Shown here: piece after piece, positions 10,031-19,764 of the stretch | Layout of the letters: each line of letters begins with the position of its first letter | How positions within the stretch are numbered: the stretch's first letter is position 1 | Sequence record: SRR20825019_2111 | DNA length: 41,362 bases | Strand: one strand, 5' to 3' | Translations under genes and position numbers: made by a program | Notes under the pieces: model-generated | The model's input: the letters and a program-made list of their open reading frames with translations, nothing else | Database searches by the model: none | What the model was told of the DNA's origin: nothing

Positions 10031-11295
10031 TGTACGATATTGTTATAGCAGGGGGAGGAGCAGCAGGCTTTTATGCAGCAATTCAAATTGCGGAATTGTC
10101 GCCACAATTGAACATAGCCATTTTTGAAAGGGGCAAAACCGTACTTTCCAAAGTAAAGGTTTCGGGCGGGGGACGTTGCAATGTGACCCATGGCGAATTT
10201 CTTCCCAAAGAATTGGCCACAAACTATCCTCGTGGAGAAAAAGAGCTTTTAGGGCCATTCCACAAATATGCCCCAATGGATGTGATGTCATTTTTTGAGG
10301 AAAGGGGAGTGCTGCTCAAAATAGAGGAAGACGGACGGGTTTTTCCTAAAAGTGATTCATCCCAAAGCATAATAGATTGCTTGCTCACTGAGGCAGAACG
10401 TTTAGGTGTACAAGTTTTGAAAAACAGTTCGGTAAAGGTCATCGATAAATTGGATGATGGTTGGCAGGTAACTACCATGAACAAGCATTACCAGACCAAA
10501 AAACTATTGCTCACTACGGGGAGTAACCCTAAAATTTGGGCACAGCTACAAAAATTGGGACATCAAATAATATCTCCCGTACCTTCCTTGTTCACATTCA
10601 ATATAAAGGATAAAAGGATTCAGGGAATTCAAGGGATAAGTGCGTATGCTACCGTAGAGGTACTTCCAAAAAAGACTTTTTATACCGATAAAAGGAACTT
10701 GAACCTTAAGAGTAACGTAAAAGATGAACCGGTTCTTTATTCAGATGGGCCACTTTTGATTACACACTGGGGTTTGAGCGGGCCTGCCATTCTGAAGCTT
10801 TCTGCATGGGGGGCGAATATTTTGCACGATTATAATTATTCTTTCAGAATAAGAGTGAACTGGTTGCCCGAATACAGTACCGAATCCATGGAGGCCTACC
10901 TTAAAGAACTCAAAGAGGTGGAGGCCAAAAAAACTGTTATGCGTACCAATGTTACAGAATTGCCCAAACGTTTATGGAAGCGCTTGGTGGAAGCCGCCGA
11001 AATAATGCCGGATGAACGTTGGGGCGATATTAATAAAGAGCAGTTACTTGCGTTGGCAGAACAATTGACAGCTTCATCTTTTAAAGTAGAGGGTAAGAGT
11101 ACTTTCAAAGAAGAGTTTGTTACAGCCGGTGGAGTTGATTTAAAAGAAATCAACTTTAAGACCTTCGAGAGCAAATTGCATCCCAATCTCTATTTTGCAG
11201 GCGAAATAATCAATGTGGATGCTATCACAGGTGGATTCAATTTTCAAAATGCATGGACAGGGGCCTATATTGCTGCGCAGGCCATTGCCTCCTAA
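10030..11295 (+). CDS. NAD(P)/FAD-dependent oxidoreductase, HI0933/BaiN family
   Basis: GGGAAG, SGGGRCNVT, THWGLSGPA, VTAGGV, TGGFNFQNAW. Confidence 0.93.
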   Translation: MYDIVIAGGGAAGFYAAIQIAELSPQLNIAIFERGKTVLSKVKVSGGGRCNVTHGEFLPKELATNYPRGEKELLGPFHKYAPMDVMSFFEERGVLLKIEEDGRVFPKSDSSQSIIDCLLTEAERLGVQVLKNSSVKVIDKLDDGWQVTTMNKHYQTKKLLLTTGSNPKIWAQLQKLGHQIISPVPSLFTFNIKDKRIQGIQGISAYATVEVLPKKTFYTDKRNLNLKSNVKDEPVLYSDGPLLITHWGLSGPAILKLSAWGANILHDYNYSFRIRVNWLPEYSTESMEAYLKELKEVEAKKTVMRTNVTELPKRLWKRLVEAAEIMPDERWGDINKEQLLALAEQLTASSFKVEGKSTFKEEFVTAGGVDLKEINFKTFESKLHPNLYFAGEIINVDAITGGFNFQNAWTGAYIAAQAIAS

Positions 11296-11297
11296 AA

Positions 11298-12026
11298 TTA
11301 TTGTAGGGCCAAAGCAATCCATGCAGCTATCGAGGCTCCCAAAATAGGCCCAACAACAGGTATCCAAGCATAGCCCCAACCATTACTCCCCTTGTTTTTT
11401 AAAGGTAAAAGTGCGTGAACAATGCGCGGACCCAAATCCCGTGCAGGATTTATGGCATAACCTGTGGTTCCACCCAAGGACAGACCGATGCCCCAAACAA
11501 TAAGAGCAACAGGTAAAGCGCCCAGAGAACCCAAACCTATAATCGCATCGTCCGTAGATAGTACTGCGTCGGTAAAATAGAGCACGGAAAAGACCAATAC
11601 AAATGTTCCCAATACCTCGGAGAATAGATTTGTAAATGTATTTGGAATGGCCGGTGCCGTACAAAAGACCCCTCGTTTGGTGCCTCCATCCTCAGTAACA
11701 TCAAAATGGTCTTTGTTTACGAGCCACACACAAAATGCGGCAAACATTGCACCGATAAATTGGGCCAATATATAGGAAGGAACCTCCGCCCAAGGAAATT
11801 CACCCGCTACGGCCAATCCAATACTTACTGCGGGATTTATATGCGCGCCGCTGTATGGGCCAGCGACGACAACACCGGTATAAACGGCAAAAGCCCAGCC
11901 TGTAGTGATCACGATCCAGCCGGAGCCGTTCCCGTAGGTTTTATGTAGGGATACGTTGGCATTTACGCCACATCCGAGTACCATCAACAAAAAAGTGCCT
12001 ACAATTTCAGCTATAAAAGGAGTCAT
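11298..12026 (-). CDS. glpF: Glycerol uptake facilitator (MIP/aquaglyceroporin)
   Basis: Two NPA motifs (HINPAVS, AINPARDLGPR); downstream of glpK. Confidence 0.93.
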   Translation of the reverse strand: MTPFIAEIVGTFLLMVLGCGVNANVSLHKTYGNGSGWIVITTGWAFAVYTGVVVAGPYSGAHINPAVSIGLAVAGEFPWAEVPSYILAQFIGAMFAAFCVWLVNKDHFDVTEDGGTKRGVFCTAPAIPNTFTNLFSEVLGTFVLVFSVLYFTDAVLSTDDAIIGLGSLGALPVALIVWGIGLSLGGTTGYAINPARDLGPRIVHALLPLKNKGSNGWGYAWIPVVGPILGASIAAWIALALQ

Positions 12027-12062
12027 ATAAAGGAAATGTTAGTGTTTATGATATTTTGAAAA

Positions 12063-13559
12063 TTAAGGGTTCTGCGTCCAGAACTCCAACGCTTTAATGG
12101 CTTTGTACCATCTTTTTATGCCTTCATTAATAGTTTCACGTTCCTGAGTTGGATTAAAATGGACATCAGTTTGCCAAATATCCTGTATTTCTTCAGGACT
12201 TTCCCAATAGCCAACGGCCAATCCTGCCAAATACGCAGCTCCCATTACAGTGGTCTCCACAATCTTTGGTCGTACCGTAACAGTGTTCAAAACATCGGCC
12301 TGAAATTGCATCAGCATATCATTTACAGTGGCACCGCCATCAACACGAAGCTCTTTTATAGAAATACCCGAATCTGCTTCCATTGCTTTTAGGATATCCA
12401 TGGTCTGGTAGGCAATGGACTCCAAAGCGGCACGTGCAACATGGGCATCGGTGCTGCCCCGTGTAAGGCCAAAAATAGTTCCCTGTGCCTTTTGGTTCCA
12501 GTGGGGCGCGCCCAAACCTGCAAACGCCGGAACAAAAACCACTCCTTCTGTACTGTCTACCGAACTGGCAAGTTTTTCTACTTCAGCCGAGGTTTTTATA
12601 ATGTTTAGGCTATCTCGTAACCATTGTACCACGGCACCTGCGATAAAGATGCTTCCCTCAAGGGCATATTGTGTTTTTCCGTTGATTTTCCAAGCGACCG
12701 TGGTCAGCAGGTTGTTGTCCGAAACAATCGGTTTTTCCCCAATGTTCATCAACATAAAGCAACCAGTCCCGTAGGTGTTCTTGACCATTCCTTTTTTGGT
12801 GCACATTTGCCCGAACAGGGCAGCTTGCTGATCGCCCGCAATGCCTGCAATCGGAATAGGAGTGGCAAATAAGTTGGGAGTGGTATGCCCATAGACTTCG
12901 CTGGATTGCTTCACTTCGGGCAACATGCTTTTAGGAATCGTCAACAGTTCCAAAAGCTCATCATCCCAATCCATCGTGTTGATATTGAACAGCATGGAGC
13001 GGCAAGCATTCGTCACATCCGTTATATGAAGTCCCCCATCCGTCATTTTCCATATCAACCACGAATCTATGGTTCCCATGATCAAATCACCCATTTCTGC
13101 CTTTTCTCGAGCGCCCTCCACGTTGTCCAGAATCCATTTTACCTTGGTTCCGGAAAAATAGGAATCGATGACCAATCCCGTTTTTTCTCTAATCATTTGG
13201 GACTTGCCTTCTTTTTTCAGCTCATCGCAATAATCTGCCGTCCGTTTGTCTTGCCAAACAATGGCATTATAAATGGGCTCGCTGGTATTCCTGTCCCACA
13301 CCACAACGGTTTCCCGCTGATTGGTTATGCCAATGGCGGCCATTTGCGAAGCCTTCAATCCTTTTTTGCTCACAGCTTCTGCGGCCATACCAGCTTGGGT
13401 GGACCAGATTTCATCGGGGTCGTGTTCTACCCAACCTGGTTTGGGAAATATTTGTGTGAATTCTTTTTGGGCAACGGAGATAATGGTTCCCTTTTGATCA
13501 AAGACTACGGCACGGGAACTTGTGGTACCTTGGTCCAAGGCAAGGATATATTGATTCAT
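12063..13559 (-). CDS. glpK: Glycerol kinase
   Basis: [47 protein letters not shown]. Confidence 0.98.
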   Translation of the reverse strand: MNQYILALDQGTTSSRAVVFDQKGTIISVAQKEFTQIFPKPGWVEHDPDEIWSTQAGMAAEAVSKKGLKASQMAAIGITNQRETVVVWDRNTSEPIYNAIVWQDKRTADYCDELKKEGKSQMIREKTGLVIDSYFSGTKVKWILDNVEGAREKAEMGDLIMGTIDSWLIWKMTDGGLHITDVTNACRSMLFNINTMDWDDELLELLTIPKSMLPEVKQSSEVYGHTTPNLFATPIPIAGIAGDQQAALFGQMCTKKGMVKNTYGTGCFMLMNIGEKPIVSDNNLLTTVAWKINGKTQYALEGSIFIAGAVVQWLRDSLNIIKTSAEVEKLASSVDSTEGVVFVPAFAGLGAPHWNQKAQGTIFGLTRGSTDAHVARAALESIAYQTMDILKAMEADSGISIKELRVDGGATVNDMLMQFQADVLNTVTVRPKIVETTVMGAAYLAGLAVGYWESPEEIQDIWQTDVHFNPTQERETINEGIKRWYKAIKALEFWTQNP

Positions 13560-13619
13560 TTTGCTAATTTAAGTGCGTTTGAATTTACTAAAATTAATTC
13601 GGGTTTGGAATCCATCAAT

Positions 13620-14159
13620 ATGGGGAATACACATATAGCTTTGTTGCGCGGAATCAATGTAAGTGGTCAAAAAAAGATAAAAATGGCCGATTTGAGGCAA
13701 GTTTTGGAGGAAAACGGACTGAAAAACGTCAAAACCTACATCCAAAGTGGCAATATTATTTTTGATGACGAACAAACAGATAGGCGTAAACTTCAGGAAA
13801 AAATAGCGATAATCATACGTCAACAATTTGGATTTGATGTACCGACCTTAGTGGTTCAGAAAGATGACGTGGAACATATATTGAAAGCAAATCCTTTTCA
13901 CGAAGAGGCGGAGGAAAACAAACTGTATTATGTTTTGCTGAAAAGTACCCCTAAAGAAGAGCTGGTGGAGCAGTTCAATCAGCTTCAATTTGAACATGAA
14001 GGTTTTAAAATCACCGATACCTGCGTATATCTTTTCTGTAAAAGCGGCTATGGTAAGGCAAAACTGAACAACAATCTTATTGAAAAGAAACTACAAGTAG
14101 AGGCTACTACCCGAAATCATAAAACAATGCTGAAGTTATTGGAAATAGCTAGTAATTAA
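13620..14159 (+). CDS. DUF1697 domain protein
   Basis: ALLRGINVSG..KIKMADL, VKTYIQSGNIIF, ATTRN. Start trimmed to ATG 13620; the longer ORF from 12885 is antisense to glpK. Confidence 0.9.
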   Translation: MGNTHIALLRGINVSGQKKIKMADLRQVLEENGLKNVKTYIQSGNIIFDDEQTDRRKLQEKIAIIIRQQFGFDVPTLVVQKDDVEHILKANPFHEEAEENKLYYVLLKSTPKEELVEQFNQLQFEHEGFKITDTCVYLFCKSGYGKAKLNNNLIEKKLQVEATTRNHKTMLKLLEIASN

Positions 14160-14632
14160 CCGTTCAGTTCCCAAATTTTATAGTTCAGTGCCGATGCAAA
14201 GGCCACCCAAAGTACATAAGGAACCATTAACAGTGCCGCAGGTTTACTGATGACCCTGAACCATTTTATGGTAAGGATGATCATCGTCAACAATACCAGG
14301 ATAACAACCATTCCACCCAACGGATTTTTAAGCCCGAAGAAAACAATGCTCCAGAGGGCATTCAATAACAGTTGGAACACAAAATGGTACAGCGCTGTCT
14401 TAACCCAAATATGATGGTAGCCTTTGGACCAAACTATGCCCGCGGCAACGCCCATCATAATGTACAATGCCGTCCAAACGGGGGCAAAAAGATAGTTTGG
14501 GGGGGTAAAAGATGGCTTGTTCAGGGTAACGTACCAATCATTCACAGAACTTTGGGTAGCAATGCTCGCCAAAAAACCAATGGCAAGGCAGACCAAAACG
14601 CTCAGGGTTATGTAGATAATTCTTTTTTTCAT
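14156..14632 (-). CDS. TspO/MBR family tryptophan-rich sensory protein
   Basis: WYVTLNKPSFTPPNYLFAPVWTALY, LNALWSIVFFG, PYVLWVAFA; start placed at MKKR. Confidence 0.93.
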   Translation of the reverse strand: MKKRIIYITLSVLVCLAIGFLASIATQSSVNDWYVTLNKPSFTPPNYLFAPVWTALYIMMGVAAGIVWSKGYHHIWVKTALYHFVFQLLLNALWSIVFFGLKNPLGGMVVILVLLTMIILTIKWFRVISKPAALLMVPYVLWVAFASALNYKIWELNG

Positions 14633-14726
14633 GGCTGGCACAACTTCGACTAAAATAAGAATTTATTTGCATCCGATTTCCAGTAAGTTTGTCGCTGCTT
14701 ATATTTGTTTAAATAATCCATTCCCA

Positions 14727-15812
14727 ATGACGGAAAATGATTTTTTGCCCAGTAGCTATCAAAATTCGCCCGAGAAAGGTAAGGTGACTTGGAAGGCACC
14801 AAGCAACATTGCCCTTGTAAAATACTGGGGAAAACGTCCCGTTCAGATACCTGCCAATCCGTCCATTAGTTTTACGTTGGATTCTTGCGCAACGACCACT
14901 TCCGTTTCTTTCGAAAAAAAAGAGGATAGGGAAAGTTTTTCATTTGATTTGTTTTTTGAGGGAAAACCGAAGGACGATTTTAAGCCGAAGATCCTAACCT
15001 TTTTGGAGCGGATTGAGAAGTACCTGCCTTTTTTGAAGGAATATCATTTCATCATTGAAACGTCAAATTCCTTTCCGCACAGCAGCGGAATAGCATCCTC
15101 TGCCAGTGGCATGGCAGCACTGTCCTTATGTTTGATGGATATAGAAAAGCAACTAGATCCTGCCTTGGATGAAGCGTCCTTTTATGCCAAAGCTTCGCAT
15201 TTGGCCCGTTTGGGCTCTGGAAGTGCCTGCCGAAGTATTAAGGGCAGTCTGGTTCAATGGGGAGAACACAAAAATATTCCAAATAGTTCCGACGTATGCG
15301 GAATTGAATACCCGTTCGAGGTGAACCCTGTTTTTAAAAGCTATTGCGACACCATTTTATTGGTGCACAAAGGTCAAAAACAGGTGAGCAGTACAGTGGG
15401 CCACCAATTGATGCACGGTCACCCGTATGCGGAAAACCGATTTAAGCAAGCATTTGATAACTTGGACAAGCTAAAACCCATTTTGGCCGATGGTAATCTG
15501 GAAGAGTTCATCAAACTAGTGGAAAGCGAAGCACTTACCCTGCATGCCATGATGATGACCAGCATGCCCTATTTTATGTTGATGAAGCCCGATACTTTGC
15601 AAATCATCAATAAAATTTGGGCATATCGCGAAGCGACCAAAACCCCAGTTTGTTTTACATTGGATGCGGGCGCCAACGTACATTTACTATATCCGGAAGA
15701 TGTTAAGGAAAAAGTACTGGACTTTATCAAAGATACATTGGCCGAACACTGCGAAAATGGTCAGTACATCCACGATCAAGTAGGCGAGGGCGCCATCAAA
15801 ATAAACACTTAA
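14727..15812 (+). CDS. mvaD: Diphosphomevalonate decarboxylase
   Basis: APSNIALVKYWGK, SGIASSASG, RLGSGSACRS, FTLDAGANVH; start trimmed to ATG 14727. Confidence 0.92.
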   Translation: MTENDFLPSSYQNSPEKGKVTWKAPSNIALVKYWGKRPVQIPANPSISFTLDSCATTTSVSFEKKEDRESFSFDLFFEGKPKDDFKPKILTFLERIEKYLPFLKEYHFIIETSNSFPHSSGIASSASGMAALSLCLMDIEKQLDPALDEASFYAKASHLARLGSGSACRSIKGSLVQWGEHKNIPNSSDVCGIEYPFEVNPVFKSYCDTILLVHKGQKQVSSTVGHQLMHGHPYAENRFKQAFDNLDKLKPILADGNLEEFIKLVESEALTLHAMMMTSMPYFMLMKPDTLQIINKIWAYREATKTPVCFTLDAGANVHLLYPEDVKEKVLDFIKDTLAEHCENGQYIHDQVGEGAIKINT

Positions 15813-15817
15813 AAATG

Positions 15818-15837
15818 AACAGCTAAGCTGTTTTTTT
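15818..15837 (+). terminator. Possible intrinsic terminator after mvaD
   Basis: AACAGC-TAA-GCTGTT followed by a T run. Confidence 0.45.
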
Positions 15838-15954
15838 ACGTTATTTGCCAAGATTTTAGGCAGACGGGAGAAGTTTTTTTATAGATGAAATCGATTTGTT
15901 TATCGAATTTCGTTCATCATTAAACAAAATTTGTTTGTATCTTAGTAGTATTAT

Positions 15955-16893
15955 ATGAAAGGTCCATTATTTTATTCCAAGATTTTATTGTTCGGGGAGT
16001 ACGGTATCATCAAAGACTCCAAAGGACTATCCATACCCTATAATTTTTTTAAAGGAGCGCTAAAATGGGACAACGACAATTCCGAAATGGCTCAAAAATC
16101 GAACAAAAGCCTGAAAGCCTATGCGCAGTATTTGAAAGTGCTCGAAATGAAGGAGGAAGGTTTGGTCTCTTTTGACATTGAAGCTTTGGAAAAGGATGTG
16201 GCAGATGGGATGTACTTTGACAGTTCCATCCCCCAAGGCTACGGAATTGGCAGTAGCGGCGCATTGGTCGCTGCGATTTACGACCGCTATGCCACCGATA
16301 AAATCACGGTACTGGAAAATCTTACCCGTGAAAAATTGCTTCAATTGAAGAAGATTTTCGGGAAAATGGAATCCTTCTTCCACGGCAAGTCTTCCGGACT
16401 GGATCCGTTGAACAGTTATTTGAGCTTACCCATTCTCATCAACTCCAAGGATAATATTGAATCCACCAGTATTCCGTCTCAAAACATGGAGGGAAAAGGA
16501 GCGGTTTTCTTATTGGATAGTGGAATGACGGGTGAGACCGCACCTATGGTACAGTTGTTTATGGAGAACATGAAGCAGGAAGGTTTCCGCAATATGATCA
16601 AGAACCAGTTCATAAAACATACCGATGCCTGTGTGGAGGACTTTTTGAACGGTAATGTGAAATCTTTGTTCGGAAATTTAAAGCAACTTTCCCATGTGGT
16701 TTTTGACAATTTTAAACCAATGATTCCGGCTAAGTTTCACCAACTTTGGCAAAAGGGCATCGAAACCAACGATTATTACCTCAAACTTTGTGGTTCTGGA
16801 GGCGGTGGATATATTTTGGGCTTTACCCAAGATTTGGAAAGGGCCAAAAAAGCGCTTGAAGGCCATAATCTGGAAGTAGTGTACAACTTCTAA
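15955..16893 (+). CDS. mvk: Mevalonate kinase (GHMP family)
   Basis: KILLFGEY, IPQGYGIGSSGA, HGKSSGLD, KLCGSGGGG. Confidence 0.9.
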   Translation: MKGPLFYSKILLFGEYGIIKDSKGLSIPYNFFKGALKWDNDNSEMAQKSNKSLKAYAQYLKVLEMKEEGLVSFDIEALEKDVADGMYFDSSIPQGYGIGSSGALVAAIYDRYATDKITVLENLTREKLLQLKKIFGKMESFFHGKSSGLDPLNSYLSLPILINSKDNIESTSIPSQNMEGKGAVFLLDSGMTGETAPMVQLFMENMKQEGFRNMIKNQFIKHTDACVEDFLNGNVKSLFGNLKQLSHVVFDNFKPMIPAKFHQLWQKGIETNDYYLKLCGSGGGGYILGFTQDLERAKKALEGHNLEVVYNF

Positions 16894-16903
16894 CAGCAAA
16901 CAC

Positions 16904-17809
16904 ATGCTTAGTAGAAAAAACAAACTCTTGCTGTTTAAGCTATTGAGTCTGTTTTCTGTGGTTCGGGGTTACAATATCCTCGTGATAACCTTTGCACAAT
17001 ACTTGGCCTCCATCTACATATTGTCACCCAACATTCCTTTGCGTAAAGTGGTTTTGGATGTGAATCTGTTCCTTATCGTTACCGCCTCTGCGCTTACCAT
17101 AGCGAGCGGATATATCATCAATAATTTTTATGATGCGGAAAAAGACTTGATCAACAAGCCTACCAAAAGTATGTTGGATCGTTTGGTGAGCCAGCGTTTT
17201 AAACTGACCACCTATTTTATCCTTAACTTTTTGACTGTTTTTGCAGCGAGCTATATTTCATTTAAGGCGGTTTTGTTCTTTTCGGCCTATATTTTTGGTA
17301 TCTGGATTTATTCACACAAGCTGAAACGTATACCTTTTGTTGGTAATTTGGTATCCTCCACTTTGGCCATAGCACCGTTTTTTGTGGTTTTTGTTTACTA
17401 CCAGAACTTTCAGACTGTGATTTTTGTACACGCCCTTTTTCTGTTCCTATTGATTTTAGCCCGGGAAATGATAAAGGATTTGGAAAATATGGCAGGCGAT
17501 TTGGCGCAGAACTATAAAACCATTCCCATAATATATGGGGCCGGGGTCTCAAAATCCATTATCACCTCTTTGATTGTACTCACCTTGGTGCCCGCCCTGT
17601 TGCTCATCAAAAGTTTTGATGTCGGCTATATGCATTACTACTTTATGGCCTGCGTGGCCCTTCTTATTCTTTTCTTGATACTGTTATGGAAAGCCGAAGG
17701 CAAAAGACACTACGTTTGGCTGCACAACATCATCAAATTTATTATTGTAGTGGGCGTTTTCAGTATTTTGTTGATAGATGTGGATGTGGTACTCAACCGA
17801 ATTTTGTAA
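16904..17809 (+). CDS. UbiA-family prenyltransferase (DGGGP-synthase-like)
   Basis: GYIINNFYDAEKDLINKP and REMIKDLENMAGD acidic motifs; multiple transmembrane segments. Confidence 0.88.
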   Translation: MLSRKNKLLLFKLLSLFSVVRGYNILVITFAQYLASIYILSPNIPLRKVVLDVNLFLIVTASALTIASGYIINNFYDAEKDLINKPTKSMLDRLVSQRFKLTTYFILNFLTVFAASYISFKAVLFFSAYIFGIWIYSHKLKRIPFVGNLVSSTLAIAPFFVVFVYYQNFQTVIFVHALFLFLLILAREMIKDLENMAGDLAQNYKTIPIIYGAGVSKSIITSLIVLTLVPALLLIKSFDVGYMHYYFMACVALLILFLILLWKAEGKRHYVWLHNIIKFIIVVGVFSILLIDVDVVLNRIL

Positions 17810-17869
17810 TTCTTTGTTCTTTAGGATTTTTGGAACTTAAAAAGACTACATTTGCAAAAAATTCGACTG

Positions 17870-18712
17870 ATGGCGAAATCAGACAACAACAGAGGTAAAA
17901 GACCTTCCAAAAACTTCAAGGGCGGTGAAAGAAAAAAACCGTTCAACAAAAATTTTTCTTCAAGACCCAAGCAGAACGCTCCCCAGAAAAAATCCAATCC
18001 AGATGAGATTCGATTGAACCGCTATATTGCCAATGCCGGGATTTGTTCCCGTAGGGAAGCTGACACTTATATTGCTGCCGGAAACGTAACCGTAAACGGA
18101 AAACCGGTGACCGAAATGGGTTACAAGGTAAAGCGATCCGATGATGTGCGTTTTGATGGAAAGCGCCTTAATTTGGAAAAAAAGGAATACGTGCTGTTGA
18201 ACAAGCCCAAAAATTTTATTACTACCACAAGTGATGAAAAAGGGCGCCGTACCGTAATGGAACTGATTTCGAGTGCATCCAACAACCGTTTGTTGCCGGT
18301 AGGCCGATTGGACAGGAACACCACAGGGCTGTTGCTTTTTACCAACGATGGAGACCTCACCAAAAAGTTAACGCACCCTACGCACAACGTACGCAAAATT
18401 TACCACGTGCATTTGGACAATAATCTTAGTTTGGGCGACCTCCATAAAATCGAGGCTGGTCTGGAACTGGAAGATGGGCCCATATCCGTGGATAGCGTGA
18501 GTTACATCCAAGGGGCACCAAAGCGAGAGGTGGGCGTGGAAATCCACAGCGGACGAAACCGAATTGTGCGCCGTATTTTTGAGCATTTTGGCTATAATGT
18601 GACCAAATTGGACCGCGTGGTCTTCGCCGGCCTGACCAAGAAAGATTTGCCACGGGGCCATTGGAGGTACTTAACGGAGCAGGAGGTAATCAATTTGAAG
18701 AATATTAAATAA
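17870..18712 (+). CDS. rRNA pseudouridine synthase, RsuA/RluB family with S4 domain
   Basis: RLNRYIANAGICSRREAD (S4), VGRLDRNTTGLLLFTNDG; start trimmed to ATG 17870. Confidence 0.95.
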   Translation: MAKSDNNRGKRPSKNFKGGERKKPFNKNFSSRPKQNAPQKKSNPDEIRLNRYIANAGICSRREADTYIAAGNVTVNGKPVTEMGYKVKRSDDVRFDGKRLNLEKKEYVLLNKPKNFITTTSDEKGRRTVMELISSASNNRLLPVGRLDRNTTGLLLFTNDGDLTKKLTHPTHNVRKIYHVHLDNNLSLGDLHKIEAGLELEDGPISVDSVSYIQGAPKREVGVEIHSGRNRIVRRIFEHFGYNVTKLDRVVFAGLTKKDLPRGHWRYLTEQEVINLKNIK

Positions 18713-18787
18713 ACAACTGATAGTATTCTTGGAGCGATCGATACAGCGTTCGTTGATTTGTCTCTTTTCAAACCATAGATTTTTTCC

Positions 18788-19546
18788 TTATTTACGGCAT
18801 AAGTAGATTTTTTCTGTGCAATCAAATCCATACTTAAATTGTTCTTCTGTGGAGAACGAGTCGATAAAATCATCTTCCGTTACCTCAAAGCCGGCATTTG
18901 TCAACCGTTCTTTGTAGTCTTGTCCGTACCACCGCACATGGTCACGCCTTCCAAACGCTTTTAACCTTGCTTTGGGGGATGTTATGGAAAAATCCTCATA
19001 AGTTTTTTCTCGATCATAATCAATGGGAACTTGGAATATGCCTAAACCATTTGGTTTCATCACCCTATAAAGTTCTGACATTGCCAATGCATCGTTTGGA
19101 ATATGCTCCAGGACATGGTTGCATAAAATAAAATCAAAATAATCGTCCTCGAACGGAATTTTGGTGATATCGGCCTTCCTGACTGGGATGTTGCCGTTAT
19201 AGTTATAAATATCCGGATGAAGATCGCAGGGAAAATAATCTATCTGGGAAGATTCCGAAAAAATGTCATAAAAGACTTTTTCGGGTGCAAAATGGAGTAA
19301 TCTCAATGGTTTGTTGATTAACTCTTTGTCCTGAATATATTTCCAAATCAATCGATGCCTTTCCAGTGAGCCACAATTATGGCATTTGGAGTTCTTTCTT
19401 TTTGTATTTCCAAATGGTCCAAATTCGCGGTACTCTGAATTACAGATGGAACATTGGACAATATTTCCCTTGAATATTTTTTCCTTTCTCTTTTTAAGGT
19501 GTTCCCTATGCTTTTGTTTGATGGAAAATTTAAGCAGGCTGTTCAT
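18788..19546 (-). CDS. Class I SAM-dependent methyltransferase with N-terminal CxxC...CxxC motif
   Basis: CSIC...CHNCGSLERHR, LLHFAPE, DFILCNHVLEHIP, DHVRWYG. Confidence 0.88.
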   Translation of the reverse strand: MNSLLKFSIKQKHREHLKKRKEKIFKGNIVQCSICNSEYREFGPFGNTKRKNSKCHNCGSLERHRLIWKYIQDKELINKPLRLLHFAPEKVFYDIFSESSQIDYFPCDLHPDIYNYNGNIPVRKADITKIPFEDDYFDFILCNHVLEHIPNDALAMSELYRVMKPNGLGIFQVPIDYDREKTYEDFSITSPKARLKAFGRRDHVRWYGQDYKERLTNAGFEVTEDDFIDSFSTEEQFKYGFDCTEKIYLCRK

Positions 19547-19566
19547 TATTTTTCAGATTTGAAAAA

Positions 19567-19635
19567 TAAAGATGGGTAAAACTGCCCAAAACAATCACTC
19601 CCAATTGACGAATGCCCCTTTTGGGTTGACGGATT
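19567..19635 (-). promoter_or_regulatory. Direct-repeat (LytTR-like) promoter, copy 1, upstream of the methyltransferase
   Basis: Plus-strand half-sites TTGACGAAT (19605) and TTGACGGAT (19626), 21-bp period; -7-like CATCTTTA 28 nt downstream on the minus strand. Confidence 0.65.
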
Positions 19636-19764
19636 TACAAAATGTAGACCATTGATGAGGATTTTCTGAACAAAAAGACATCAATTTGAAGGGTATCGGA
19701 TAGTCTCAAATAGGAATTTGGAACATGGGAGTGCCATGTTTGCGGCGAGGTGATAAATTCTTTG

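Noticed and set aside
12885-13619. 424-aa plus-strand ORF 12885-14159
   Set aside because: The first 245 codons are an antisense shadow of glpK; only the DUF1697 part from ATG 13620 is credible.
19722-19740. Hairpin AACATGG-GAGTG-CCATGTT after GH43
   Set aside because: No U-tract on the GH43 strand; too weak to call a terminator.
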